Below are positions 14,751 to 29,700 of a stretch of DNA of 64,000 nt, in pieces. This DNA is from Eledone cirrhosa (lineage: Eukaryota), in NCBI GenBank assembly GCA_964016885.1, contig OZ024743.1:322710001-322774000 (forward strand), written 5' to 3'. The notes beneath the pieces were generated by a model. The model saw only the letters and a list, made by a program, of their open reading frames with translations. It was not told where the DNA came from and did no database searches. The position numbers and the translations under genes are program-made. Positions within the stretch are counted from its first letter, which is position 1, and each line of letters begins with the position of its first letter.

Positions 14751-17700
14751 TCTCTCCTTCTGTATAAACCCTGGTATATGCGGGGAAATTAAAACATGAA
14801 ACTAGAAACAATAAAAAACAAGACTTAAACACTTACAGGTGAAGCTTCAAAGGTATCATCAATATTCATCTTTGTTGCTCCATTCAGTAATGATCGGAAA
14901 TCAATAATCTTATCAATAATTGAAATCAGTCAAAAAGAAAGGAAAAAAAACGACAAAAAATTAATAAATGTGTTAATTTTTTTTTTTTTAAGTTATAAAA
15001 AACTAGGTAATGGTTTAACAGATATAAGAAAAGCCATATTTTTATGGGCAACAGGCAGGAGACCCAAGGGTAGACCACGAGCAGCATGATTGGATAACAT
15101 CTACGATAAAATATATATACATGTAAACAGGAATGGAATCAAGGTTGTACCATAAACAAACTTTATTGTATATGACAATTGTTTCAATAGCAATCAACTC
15201 AGCATTTGATCATAATGGTCGGGGTCTGACTCTGCACTGACATCTCATCAGATATGTGTTTGTAGGTGCAGAACACATTAAAGTTCATTTATAGTGCAAC
15301 CTTAACTTTGTTCCTGCTTACTTGTATTTACACTCTGCATGTTACAGCTGCCTTAACCCTGGAGTAGATGGAAGTATAAACCCTGCACAAGATGGAACCT
15401 CATAACAGCATTGAGTGCTTTAACCAACAAACTGCCTATAACTATAGTTACACACATATCTACCATATATCATCATCATCATCTATATGCTTCAGCTTCA
15501 GCTTGTACCCGTATATATATATATATATATATTGTAAAGTGATCATGATGGCGACATGACAGAGAGCACCCAACCCACACTGTAATGTGGTGACACAACA
15601 AAAAGTGCAGTCCACACTGTATGGTAGTCATGTAGGTGTCATGACAAAAAGCACCCAGCCCACACTGTAATTGTGGTTGGCATTAGGAAGGGCATCCAGC
15701 CAAAGAAACCAAGCCAAAATGAGTTTTGAATGAGCAAGACGTGGTCATCTGACCTAGCTTGTCTCACAAATGGGACAACTAGTCTAACCCATGCTAGTGT
15801 GAAAAATGGACATTAAACGGTGATGATGATATACAAATGGTTTTCTTACAGTTTTTGCCTACCAAATTCACTCATAAAGATTTGATTTGCTGTCCCACCC
15901 TTGCAAGCAGGGAAAAGCGGACGTAAAATGAAATGATGATGATGATGTTACAGAAGAAGACACTTGCCTGAGATTCCCAATGCACCACACAGTGGGATAA
16001 AACACAAGGATGTGAAGCCAAAGTAGAAAAAAAACATACAAAAAAAGTTAAAAAATGAGAGAAAATGAGGAAGAATTAGAAAATAGAAAGAAGGATAAGA
16101 AGGATTAATGTTACTCACTTGGAGTTGTCTGTCCTTGGTTGGTACAGTTTCTTTGTTGGATTCTGGTTTAGAAGGGACAGTTGTAGCAATGAGCTGGAGG
16201 TGAGCTCTATCTTCTGAACTTAGCTTTGTGGATTCAGCAACGGGCTTTAGTAAATGAAAACAGCATAGTAGATATATAGTAATCATCATCATCATTTAAT
16301 GGTGGTTGTAGTGGGTTGAGGGGGGGGGGGGGGGGGGGGGGGCTGTTCAAATCCTTCTGAGCTTAACTTAACCTTTCATTTTTCCAAGGTTGATAAAATA
16401 AAGTACCAGTCAGGTAATGGTGTATTCGATTTTCCCCTACTCCACTATTTTTCTCGCCTTGTGTCTATGTTAGAAACTATTTATAGCATTTATTGTCCTG
16501 TCTAATATTACTTTTTCTATATGTTTGATTAAATATTAAATTCTTTATGATTTTTATGTAATTTTATCCTAGAAATATATTTGAGTATTTTTAAATAAAA
16601 TATTACTTTACAGAGAAAAATAAACACAATTAATTGTGGTAGAATACATTCTACCTTTGTAATTTAATGATTAAAATAATCAAAAATTATGAAAGTTTTA
16701 CATTTTATATGTCACCTTTGCAAACATGGGTTTGATTGAATGGATTGATAGCTCCTATTCAGAGTAACTGCCATCCTAGATGAGTTAGGGGCTATGTCTT
16801 GCTCATATGCTTTATTTTTGGTATTACTTTGGATGTTATTTCTAACACCAACTTCTATACAGTACACGTAATATAATACATATTTTTACATATTCATATT
16901 TTGTTTTATCTTTCATATAATAATATTTCAGTCCCTATTCTATGTGTTAATGATATTTCAACTCATATTTCATATGATAATGTCATTTCAGCCTATATAT
17001 CATGTGACAATGACATTTCAGTGCATATATCATGTGATAAAATCATTTCAGTACATATATCACATGATAATGTCATTTCAGTACATAATTCAAGTAAATG
17101 TATGAATTTAAATTTCAACACTTCAATAGATGCTGTTTCGGGTAGATGGTAAGGGAAGAGTTAAGATGAAAACATGTCATTTTCTTACTTGGGTCATCTT
17201 AACATTTTTCTTCGTCTGATGTGTCGATGATTTTAGTCTTGATGCAGGAGGAGGTGATAAATGACGTTGAGAGCTACCAATTATCTGTGGCAGTCCATTT
17301 ATTAGATTTGTGGATGATCTGCTGTTAGCACTAGAAACATAAAACACAATTTTTTATAGAAATACATATAACAGTTTCTGATTTAGGCACAAGGTCAACA
17401 ATTTTGGGGGAGAGGAAAGTCAATTAGATCGACCCCAATGCATTACTGGTACTTTATTTTATCAACCCTGTAAGGATGAAAGACAAAGCTAACTTCAGCG
17501 GAATTTGAACTCAGAACATAAAGGGCTATAAACTCCATGCTACAAAGCATGTTATCCTGATGCTCTACCGATACTGCCAATCCACCACCCTAATAGAAAT
17601 ACATATAACAATAACATTGTGAAAGAGTTGTTTTAACTACATAACTCTTGATATCTTGTAATGACCTAGTAGAAAATACCTAACAACAGGTTTGATAATT

Positions 17701-20700
17701 CAAATGTTTATAGTATACTAGTGGAGATATATTTGTGGCAATTTGCAGTAAACTATAAAAAAATAGAAATATAAAAATATTGACAGTCGATCGACAAGAT
17801 CCCAGACCTCATTCGCTTAACAAGTGGGGTGGAGCTCATCAAATCTGACCGAGGAAACAATGTTTCTGTTGGTCTTTCCAATTGCTAATACTATCTGTCA
17901 GTCGCAAGTCCAGGCAGAAGGCGCAACGTGAAATAAAGTGTCTTGCTCAAGGACATAACGCATCGCCTGGTCTGGGAATTGAAATCACAACCTCACGATT
18001 GCAAATCCAATTCTCTAACCACTCAGCCACATGCCTTCACATATAAAAATATACTGAAGCAAAAACCAAACAGTGTGTTTTACTATATTTTTCTGGCAAT
18101 ATTAAAACAACATGACCCTCCCAAAATATAACAATATAAAAAAATCTTTAATTTTTAATGTGATGCTGTTTTGTACTTTTCACAAATACCTTGCTAATGC
18201 AGTTTTAGGTGGTAAAGGATGTTGAGAGTTAAAGAACAGACAAAAACTGTTACATCCACTTATCAGTTTTTATTTATTTTGTGACCTTAAAATTTTCATC
18301 ACACACCTTGCAACCTGGTCCCTGACACAATTCTACTATCACCATCACCACTACTATCATTATCATTATCGTCACTATCACCACCATCATCATCATTATC
18401 ATCACTATCACCACCAACACCACTATTACCTCCGCCATCATCATCATTAACATCACTATCACGAACACCACTATTACCACCACCATCATCATCATTATCA
18501 CCACCAACACCACTAATACCACCACCAACATCAATAATTATCATCACTATCACCACTACTATCACCATCTCCTCTGCCACTATCACCACTACCATCACCA
18601 TCTCCTCCACTGCCACCACCATCACTGTCATCACTATCACCATCTCCTCCACTGCCACCACCAACACTATCATCACTATCACCATCTCATCCACTGCCAC
18701 TACCATCACTATCATCACTATCACCATCTCCTCCACTGCCACCACCATCACTATCATCACTATCACCATCTCCTCCACTGCCACCACCAACACTATCATC
18801 ACTATCACCATCTCCTCCACTGCCACCACCATCACTATCATCACTATCACCATCTCCTCCACTGCCACCACCAACACTATCATCACTATCACCATCTCCT
18901 CCACTGCCACCACCATCACTATCATCACTATCACCATCTCCTCCAGTGCCACCACCATCACTATCACCACTACCATCACCATCTCCTCCACTGCCACCAC
19001 CATCACTATCACCACTACCATCACCATCTCCTCCACTGCCACCACCAACACTATCATCACTATCACCATCTCCTCCACTGCCACCACCATCACTATCATC
19101 ACTATCACCATCTCCTCCAGTGCCACCACCATCACTATCATCACTATCACCATCTCCTCCACTGCCACCACCATCACTATCATCACTATCACCATCTCCT
19201 CCACTGCCACCACCATCACTATCATCACTATCACCATCTCCTCCAGTGCCACCACCATCACTATCATCACCATCACCATCTCCTCCACTGCCACCACCAT
19301 CACTATCATCACTATCACCATCTCCTCCAGTGCCACCACCATCACTATCATCACCATCACCATCTCCTCCACTGCCACCACCATCACTATCATCACAATC
19401 ACCATCTCCTCCACTGCCACCACCATCACTATCATCACTATCACCATCTCCTCCACTGCCACCACCATCACTATCATCACTATCACCATCTCCTCCACTG
19501 CCACCACCAACACTATCATCACTATCACCATCTCCTCCACTGCCACCACCATCACTATCATCACTATCACCATCTCCTCCACTGCCACCACCAACACTAT
19601 CATCACTATCACCATCTCCTCCACTGCCACCACCATCACTATCATCACTATCACCATCTCCTCCACTGCCACCACCATCACTATCATCACTATCACCATC
19701 TCCTCCACTGCCACCACCATCACTATCACCATCTCCTCCAGTGCCACCACCATCACTATCATCACTATCACCATCTCCTCCAGTGCCACCACCATCACTA
19801 TCATCACCATCACCATCTCCTCCACTGCCACCACCATCACTATCATCACTATCACCATCTCCTCCAGTGCCACCACCATCACTATCATCACTATCACCAT
19901 CTCCTCCAGTGCCACCACCATCACTATCATCACTATCACCATCTCCTCCACTGCCACCACCATCACTATCATCACTATCACCATCTCCTCCAGTGCCACC
20001 ACCATCACTATCATCACCATCACCATCTCCTCCACTGCCACCACCATCACTATCATCACTATCACCATCTCCTCCAGTGCCACCACCATCACTATCATCA
20101 CCATCACCATCTCCTCCACTGCCACCACCATCACTATCATCACCATCACCATCTCCTCCACTGCCACCACCATCACTATCATCACCATCACCATCTCCTC
20201 CACTGCCACCACCATCACCATCTCCTCCAGTGCCACCACCATCACTATCATCACTATCACCATCTCCTCCAGTGCCACCACCATCACTATCATCACTATC
20301 ACCATCTCCTCCACTGCCACCACCATCACTATCATCACTATCACCATCTCCTCCAGTGCCACCACCATCACTATCATCACCATCACCATCTCCTCCACTG
20401 CCACCACCATCACTATCATCACTATCACCATCTCCTCCACTGCCACCACCATCACTATCATCACAATCACCATCTCCTCCACTGCCACCACCATCACTAT
20501 CATCACTATCACCATCTCCTCCAGTGCCACCACCATCACTATCATCACCATCACCATCTCCTCCACTGCCACCACCATCACTATCATCACCATCACCATC
20601 TCCTCCACTGCCACCACCATCACTATCACCATCTCCTCCAGTGCCACCACCATCACTATCATCACTATCACCATCTCCTCCACTGCCACCACCATCACTA

Positions 20701-23700
20701 TCATCACTATCACCATCTCCTCCAGTGCGACCACCATCACTATCATCACTATCACCATCTCCTCCACTGCCACCACCATCACTATCATCACTATCACCAT
20801 CTCCTCCAGTGCCACCACCATCACTATCATCACTATCACCATCTCCTCCAGTGCCACCACCATCACTATCATCACTATCACCATCTCCTCCACTGCCACC
20901 ACCAACACTATCACCATCTCCTCCACTGCCACCACCATCACTATCATCACTATCACCATCTCCTCCAGTGCCACCACCATCACTATCATCACTATCACCA
21001 TCTCCTCCACTGCCACCACCATCACTATCATCACTATCACCATCTCCTCCACTGCCACCACCATCACTATCACCATCTCCTCCACTGCCACCACCATCAC
21101 TATCATCACTATCACCATCTCCTCCACTGCCACCACCAACACTATCACCATCTCCTCCACTGCCACCACCATCACTATCATCACTATCACCATCTCCTCC
21201 AGTGCCACCACCATCACTATCATCACTATCACCATCTCCTCCACTGCCACCACCATCACTATCATCACTATCACCATCTCCTCCACTGCCACCACCAACA
21301 CTATCACCATCTCCTCCACTGCCACCACCATCACTATCATCACTATCACCATCTCCTCCAGTGCCACCACCATCACTATCATCACTATCACCATCTCCTC
21401 CAGTGCCACCACCATCACTATCATCACTATCACCATCTCCTCCACTGCCACCACCATCACTATCATCACTATCACCATCTCCTCCAGTGCCACCACCATC
21501 ACTATCATCACTATCACCATCTCCTCCACTGCCACCACCATCACTATCATCACTATCACCATCTCCTCCACTGCCACCACCATCACTATCATCACTATCA
21601 CCATCTCCTCCACTGCCACCACCAACACTATCACCATCTCCTCCACTGCCACCACCAACACTATCATCACTATCACCATCTCCTCCACTGCCACCACCAA
21701 CACTATCATCACTATCACCATCTCCTCCACTGCCACCACCATCACTATCATCACTATCACCATCTCCTCCACTGCCACCACCATCACTATCATCACTATC
21801 ACCATCTCCTCCACTGCCACCACCATCACTATCATCACTATCACCATCTCCTCCACTGCCACCACCAACACTATCACCATCTCCTCCACTGCCACCACCA
21901 ACACTATCATCACTATCACCATCTCCTCCAGTGCCACCACCATCACTATCATCACTATCACCATCTCCTCCACTGCCACCACCAACACTATCATCACTAT
22001 CACCATCTCCTCCACTGCCACCACCATCACTATCATCACTATCACCATCTCCTCCAGTGCCACCACCATCACTATCATCACTATCACCATCTCCTCCACT
22101 GCCACCACCAACACTATCATCACTATCACCATCTCCTCCACTGCCACCACCATCACTATCATCACTATCACCATCTCCTCCACTGCCACCACCAACACTA
22201 TCACCATCTCCTCCACTGCCACCACCATCACTATCATCACTATCACCATCTCATCCACTGCCACCACCATCACTATCATCACTATCACCATCTCCTCCAC
22301 TGCCACCACCATCACTATCATCACTATCACCATCTCCTCCAGTGCCACCACCATCACTATCATCACTATCACCATCTCCTCCACTGCCACCACCAACACT
22401 ATCATCACTATCACCATCTCCTCCAGTGCCACCACCATCACTATCATCACTATCACCATCTCCTCCACTGCCACCACCAACACTATCATCACTATCACCA
22501 TCTCCTCCACTGCCACCACCATCACTATCATCACTATCACCATCTCCTCCACTGCCACCACCATCACTATCACCATCTCCTCCACTGCCACCACCATCAC
22601 TATCATCACCATCACCATCTCCTCCACTGCCACCACCAACACTATCATCACTATCACCATCTCCTCCACTGCCACCACCATCACTATCATCACTATCACC
22701 ATCTCCTCCACTGCCACCACCAACACTATCATCACTATCACCATCTCCTCCACTGCCACCACCAACACTATCATCACTATCACCATCTCCTCCAGTGCCA
22801 CCACCATCACTATCATCACCATCACCATCTCCTCCACTGCCACCACCATCACTATCATCACCATCACCATCTCCTCCACTGCCACCACCATCACTATCAC
22901 CATCTCCTCCACTGCCACCACCATCACTATCATCACTATCACCATCTCCTCCACTGCCACCACCATCACTATCATCACTATCACCATCTCCTCCACTGCC
23001 ACCACCATCACTATCATCACTATCACCATCTCCTCCACTGCCACCACCATCACTATCATCACTATCACCATCTCCTCCACTGCCACCACCATCACTATCA
23101 TCACTATCACCATCTCCTCCAGTGCCACCACCATCACTATCATCACTATCACCATCTCCTCCACTGCCACCACCATCACTATCATCACTATCACCATCTC
23201 CTCCACTGCCACCACCATCACTATCATCACTATCACCATCTCCTCCACTGCCACCACCATCACTATCATCACTATCACCATCTCCTCCACTGCCACCACC
23301 ATCACTATCATCACTATCACCATCTCCTCCAGTGCCACCACCATCACTATCATCACTATCACCATCTCCTCCAGTGCCACCACCATCACCAAGATCACAA
23401 TGAACATGAACCCCACCATCACCATCAACATAATACAATAAGTGGTTATTCAACCTATTTAAAATAGCAGCTAAATCTCCTTGGAACTCTATTTTACTGT
23501 CTTAAAAAAGGAAGGACATACTGGATAATGTAATCCTGGATATACACCATGTCTGAATAAAAAAAGACAAGATGGTCATAAATGGAATGTCTTTGCTGGA
23601 TCTAATAAAACTGAGATTAATTAACAATAACATTTTTATACTCATCACCATTATCACAACAAAAACTACAGTAGCAAATACAACAACATCTACTGTAACA

Positions 23701-26700
23701 ACAACAGCTACAGTAACAACAACAGCTACAGTAACAACAACAGCTACTGTAACAACAACAGCTACAGTAACAACAACAGCTACTGTAACAACAACAGCTA
23801 CTGTAACAACAACAGCTACTGTAACAACAACAGCTACAGTAACAACAACAGCTACTGTAACAACAACAGCTACAGTAACAACAACAGCTACTGTAACAAC
23901 AACAGCTACAGTAACAACAACAGCTACAGTAACAACAACAGCTACTGTAACAACAACAGCTACAGTAACAACAACAGCTACTGTAACAACAACAGCTACT
24001 GTAACAACAACAGCTACAGTAACAACAACAGCTACAGTAACAACAACAGCTACTGTAACAACAACAGCTACTGTAACAACAACAGCTACAGTAACAACAA
24101 CAGCTACAGTAACAACAACAGTAACAACAACTGCTACAGTAATAAGAACAACAATAACTACTACAATATTAGGTACAGTCAAAACAACAACAAAACAAAA
24201 ACAATTATACCTTCGACAGTGTTTATCCCCTCTACGGCGTTCAGCAGCTGTTAATAATAAAAATTATAATAATAATAATGCTTTCTTTATTAACCACAAG
24301 GGTTGACATAAGGACGGTACAGGACGGTACAAATAGGCATTTCTGCATGTAAAGAAAAAACAATAACAAAAGAAATAACAAAAAAAGGAAACAAAGGAAA
24401 ATTCCCCAATAGGGGGGAGACTTCCAAGGGTCACTCATGGAGAAAGCCCATTAAAAAAGCCACGGTGACTCTGACCACCAGGGTAAGTGCCCCTCTCCCA
24501 GTTTTCAACCTCCAATCTACAGGCGCATACTCAGAGCAGACCCATTGCCTCTCTCACCCATCTTTCAACAAATTTCTGGGAAGAGAACACTTCCCTCTCC
24601 ACCCGGATTTTCAGGGCACCACTGAAGAGGTAAGTGCTCGTCTTCAGCCCTTTCAAATGTGTCCACCACACGACCTCTTTCGTTATGTCCACACTAGTTT
24701 TGAAGTACCTTCACATACTATGCTAATTACTGGAGGTGATTCCAACCTGTAAATATTCGACATTTCATAGTTAATCGAATTCCTGCCAAATACAGCTTAA
24801 TAGAAAAAGGAACAAAAAAAGGAGAATTTAGATGTAGAAGAATGGAATATAAAATAGGAAAATATAGAGAAAAAGACAAAAAGAAAGAAATAACGAGGAG
24901 GGGGGTGGCAAGGACTCTAGTGTCACAGAAGAATGGGGAGGGTGGTGGTGGTGGTGGTGGTGGTGGTGGAGGAGGAGGAGGAGGAGGAGAAGAAGAAGAA
25001 GAAGAAGAAGAAGAAGAAGAAGAAGAAGAAGAAGAAAAAGAGTTGGGCCCAAGATGTTAGGGATAGCCTGAGAGTGAAATAGATGAGAGAATAACGAGAA
25101 ATAGTTGCGGGTTTCCATTGACTAAATGGATGGGTTTAGCAATAACTATTAAGGTACATTGATAAGAGTTCAGAGAGTTTCATTTTACGTCCGCTTTTTC
25201 CTTGCTTGCAAGGGTAGGACGGGAACCGATTCTGGCTTGATTTCTACAGCTGGATGCCCTTCCTAACACCAACCTCATTTACAGTGAGTGCTGGGTGCTT
25301 TTTTGCCGTGGCACCTGCACGACCACTTTACAGTGGAATGATAAGGACCTCAGTCCCTATCATCTCATTTCTACAGCTGAGTAAACTGGAGCAATGTGAA
25401 ATAAAGTGTCTTGCTCAAGGAAACAACACATCACCCGGTCTGAGAATTGAACTCACAACCTTTCTATTGCAAGGCCAATGCTCTAACCACTAAGCCAGTA
25501 TTAAAAATAGAACAAACTACCAAACAAGAAAAGGATTTCTAAAATAAGAGAGAAACTATGTGAAGGGGTTCAGAGTCCCGCAAATATAAACCTACATTAC
25601 CCTGATAGTCCTACTTTGTTGCTTTGTGCTCACGTGTTTAAACCTGTTTTGGGTGTTGTCTTTCCATAAGATGTGTAGTAATTGTATTTGCAAGGGAGGC
25701 AACTCAAGATCACCCAAGGGAAGTAATCAAAGTTTGATTTTGGTTTTGAAAGAGAGAATAACTCAACTCCCATCATCATCCCACAACCATTGTTTAACAG
25801 ATAATACAATTACACATAAATGTTGAATGTGAAATTCAACGTGCGATTTTCTTCCAGTCGCAGAAACCAAACCAAAATCGGTTCTGTATGAGCAAATAGG
25901 ACAACCCGTCTAATAGGACAACCCGTCTAACCCATGCTAGCATGGAAATGGACGTTAAATAGTGATGATGATGATATACCCACAGACACCACAAACAACC
26001 ACTCTTTTAGAGTTTGATGAAGAAAGTAAATTATGAAACTCTCTTATTCTGTTTATTGGTTATGCACTAGTAATGATAATAAATGAAATTCAGGAGATTA
26101 TAGAATAGAAATAGAAATGTATTAAAGAAAAGTACTTAACCACTTAATGAAGATGCCTTGGTTAGTTTCGGGTACTTGGAGAATTTGAGGTGGTAATAGT
26201 TTTCGAAGTCCATCAGGATAGTTTCTAAATCAATGTTATCACAAGCTTCATAACGACTGACATCAATGTTGGTTTCTTTACTGAGGCATTCAGCAGAATC
26301 TCGATAGCTGAGGAGGAGTAGATAGACAAAAACACTCTGGTGAGTAATTATTTCATTATTAAATTTTATTGGTGAGTAATAATTTGTATGTGTGGCTAGT
26401 TTGTTGTATTCATTGTTAACATCATTGCCATTTCATCTTCATCATCATGCCATCATCATCATCATCATCATCAGCAACATCATATTCATACTCAACAACA
26501 TTACCACCACCACCACCACCACCACCGTCGTCGCCGCCGCCGGTTTTAAAGTGTATATATTATATTTCTCTAAAAATCTTCCAAATTATTTTTATGTAAG
26601 AACCTTTGTAAAGTTATATCCCAAACACCAGATAAATAATAATAAACTTAGTTATATTACTAAATCCTTCCAAATCATTATTATTTTCAAGAGTAAGTTG

Positions 26701-29700
26701 GAGAAATACATTTTTATAAACAGACACAAATGAAATCTAAGAAAGTAAATATAGTTTTAGCTGTGAATTTTATTTCTCTCTCTCACTCACACTCTCTCTC
26801 TTCATTCTTTCATTCTCTCTCTCTCTCTCACTTTCTCTTCATCTATCCAATTAAGATGGGTCAGATTAGACTTGATTGGATCAGAGTGGACAGATATTAA
26901 TCTGTCCAAGTTCGATCTGACCCAACCCAATCCGGTCTGATTTGACCCAACCCAATCCGGTCTGATCTGACCCAATCCAACCCATTTTGATCTAATCTGG
27001 ACCAAGCTGATCCAATCTGGTCCAGGGTGATCCAATCTGGTCTGATCCCAATCTGATCTGGTCTGATCCAATCTGGCTCAATGTGGTCTAAAGCAATCTG
27101 ATCCAGTTTGATCCAATCCAACTGGTTTGCTCCAGTCTGACACGATCTGGTCTGTTCCAATCTTGTCTCATCTGACCCTATCTGGTCAAATCTGATCTGG
27201 CTTGATCCAGCCTGATTTGACCCAATCAGATCTGGTCTGATCCAGTCCAATTAGACCTGATCCAATCCAATCTGTTTTGTTCTGACCTGGAGAAGGATGA
27301 ACTCTGCCAGGTTTAAGATGCCCCAAAACAGGCTGTTTTTCAGAACAACTCCCTGCCCAACTCTATCAGGAGTTATGAGCCCTACCTTTAGCTTTTTAAA
27401 GCTGAAATATGATTCATTTCTTTTGTTGGCCAGAGTTCTCACAGATATATAACAAAGGTGGAGAGTTTATGGAATTAACTGGTATTTATGTAGCAATCAG
27501 AGTCATTATATGGCATAGAACAAATTGTCTTGTGGTATTTGCTGCTGTCTTTCAAGTGCCAATCAAGCCAATGTAAACTTTGCCTTTAATTTCTCTCAGG
27601 GTCAATAAAATAAAGTACCAATCCAAGGTTCATATTAAAATGCATTCTGCTCAGTAAACATACATACACACACACACATGTTTCCATCTAACCCATGCTA
27701 GCGTGGAAGATAGACGTTAATAGATGATGATGATGATGATGATATATATATATATTTGTTTTGCTAGGTTTTTGATATGAAATCGTGTGTCTTAACAAAT
27801 ATTGTTATACTTGGGGAGGGTCATATTGTTGTAATAAGATTGCCAGAAATAACAGAACACACTCACTGTTTGGTTGGTTTTCACTTCTGTATCTTTTATA
27901 TCTCCATAGTTAATTCATTTGGCCATCAATGTTTATCACTGACTGACCAACCAACGGTCAAAAACACAGATATAAATACATATATATAGTCTAACAAAGT
28001 TCTTTCGTTGGACACCTGCAACATCATCAGTGGTACTACTATCATGTTTCCTTTGCTACATTGTATGTATTGTAGTGTCTATGCCATTTTTATTTTATCT
28101 ATTTATTTATTAATTTATTTTTGTTCTCGTCTCTGTGCATGCATTTGCGTGTGTGTATAGTGTTTGGTGTATGTATTCGCGTTTGGGTGACTGTGTGTTT
28201 GCTTATTGTATTCTGTCTTAATTTATTAGTGTGTGTTTATATGTGTTTGTTGTTATTGTGCTTGTGTATATTTTTATTTATTTATTTATATTTCTCTTAA
28301 GTCAGTATTGTTTGTTTGTTTGGGTGTTGTTGTTATTCCATTCATTTTTCTGTTTAGCTTTGGCTTTCTAAGCTCTATTTCACTTGCCTCTCTAGTTTGC
28401 CTATCTGCTGGGTCATTTCTATGTTTAGATATTATTTTAATTTCTATGTTGTCTATGTTACCGTCATGTTGTTGTCTGGCGTGTTCGTATAGTACTGAAC
28501 CATTTTTTCGTCTTTTTAATTCCCCCAGTGTTGGTCTATTCTTTCTCCTATGCTTCGGGCTGTCTCACCTATGTATGTCGTTGTCATGTTTCTGCAAGTA
28601 CCCTCTGTACATCTTATGCTATAGACTACATTTCTAGTTTTACAATTATCTGGGGGTTTACTTTACATATAACACATTTCTTATTAGTACAGTGGGTTTT
28701 CTTAAAAGGGTGTTTTACTGATCAGGGATTTTATGGTAGTTCCTGGCTTTTCTACCACTTTAATCTTTAAGTGGGTCTTTCTTAGGGCCTTTCTACACTG
28801 GTTAGCTAATTTCCCTCCAGGGGTAGCATCCACGAACATGACACTCTGGTATCTCTGGTTGTCGTACCATGAGGATGCTTTCCCTATCTTATGTTTAGTC
28901 TTATCTAAGCTATTCCATGATTTGCTCCTGTATAATTGGCAAATTCCTTTCATGTCCAGTTCTATGAGGGTCTTATACTTCTCCGTGGCTCCTTTGTATA
29001 CTCTGATTCTGTCTCTTTGATGAAGTGTTGGATGTGTCTTTCCATTTCTGTTGGGTCACACATGAGGGACACGTTCTTCATCACTCATACCAAGTCTGCG
29101 ATCAGAATATTAAACTTAGCACTACTGGACATTGCTGAGTTTTTTAGTATCAGGTATTTGGAGGCCATGGGTTTAGCGTAGTGTGAGTGGAGAATTTGGG
29201 CCCTCTCGTCTATAGTGTTAATCCAGAATACCGTGTCTAATACAGGTAGTCTATTGTTAGGGCGTTTGGAAGGGTAGTCAATAGTTACAGTGTTACTCTG
29301 GTGTATGGAGTTAGCTATCTGCTGGATGCTTTCCATTGTGCTATATTCTAAATCATGTTCGTTAGTACTCTCTTGTGGGGGTGTCCTTATTACTATATTA
29401 ATATCGTCTACGTAACGAGAATACATGATGAGGTCTTTGGAGCTCTCTTCAAGGAGATCTTTGAGTCTCCTTTCCCACCATACCATAAAAAAGGTTGGTA
29501 ACATCACCAGCTGCTCCCTCATTTTGGGTGTAGATCTTTTCATTGAATTTGAATATATGGCCCTTTAGGGTAGTTTTAATACTAGCCCCTATTGCATACG
29601 CGACCATCTTTCTCACCTGATCTGTATGGCTTTGGTCCACCCAATCCCCTTTCCTATGGGAGTCTTTTTTGCCATTGAGGTTATGGTGGGGGGGGGGGTC

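Noticed and set aside
18550-23390. CRISPR-like regular array
   Set aside because: There are no unique spacers and no cas genes, and the context is eukaryotic.
18299-23453. 1710-aa, 1485-aa and 400-aa ORFs (extensin-like or Gly/Asp-rich)
   Set aside because: They are translations of a triplet-based minisatellite that is open in several frames on both strands, lie in an intron and contain no unique coding sequence.
23502-24306. Thr-rich mucin-like and Val-rich ORFs
   Set aside because: They are translations of the 18-bp tandem repeat.
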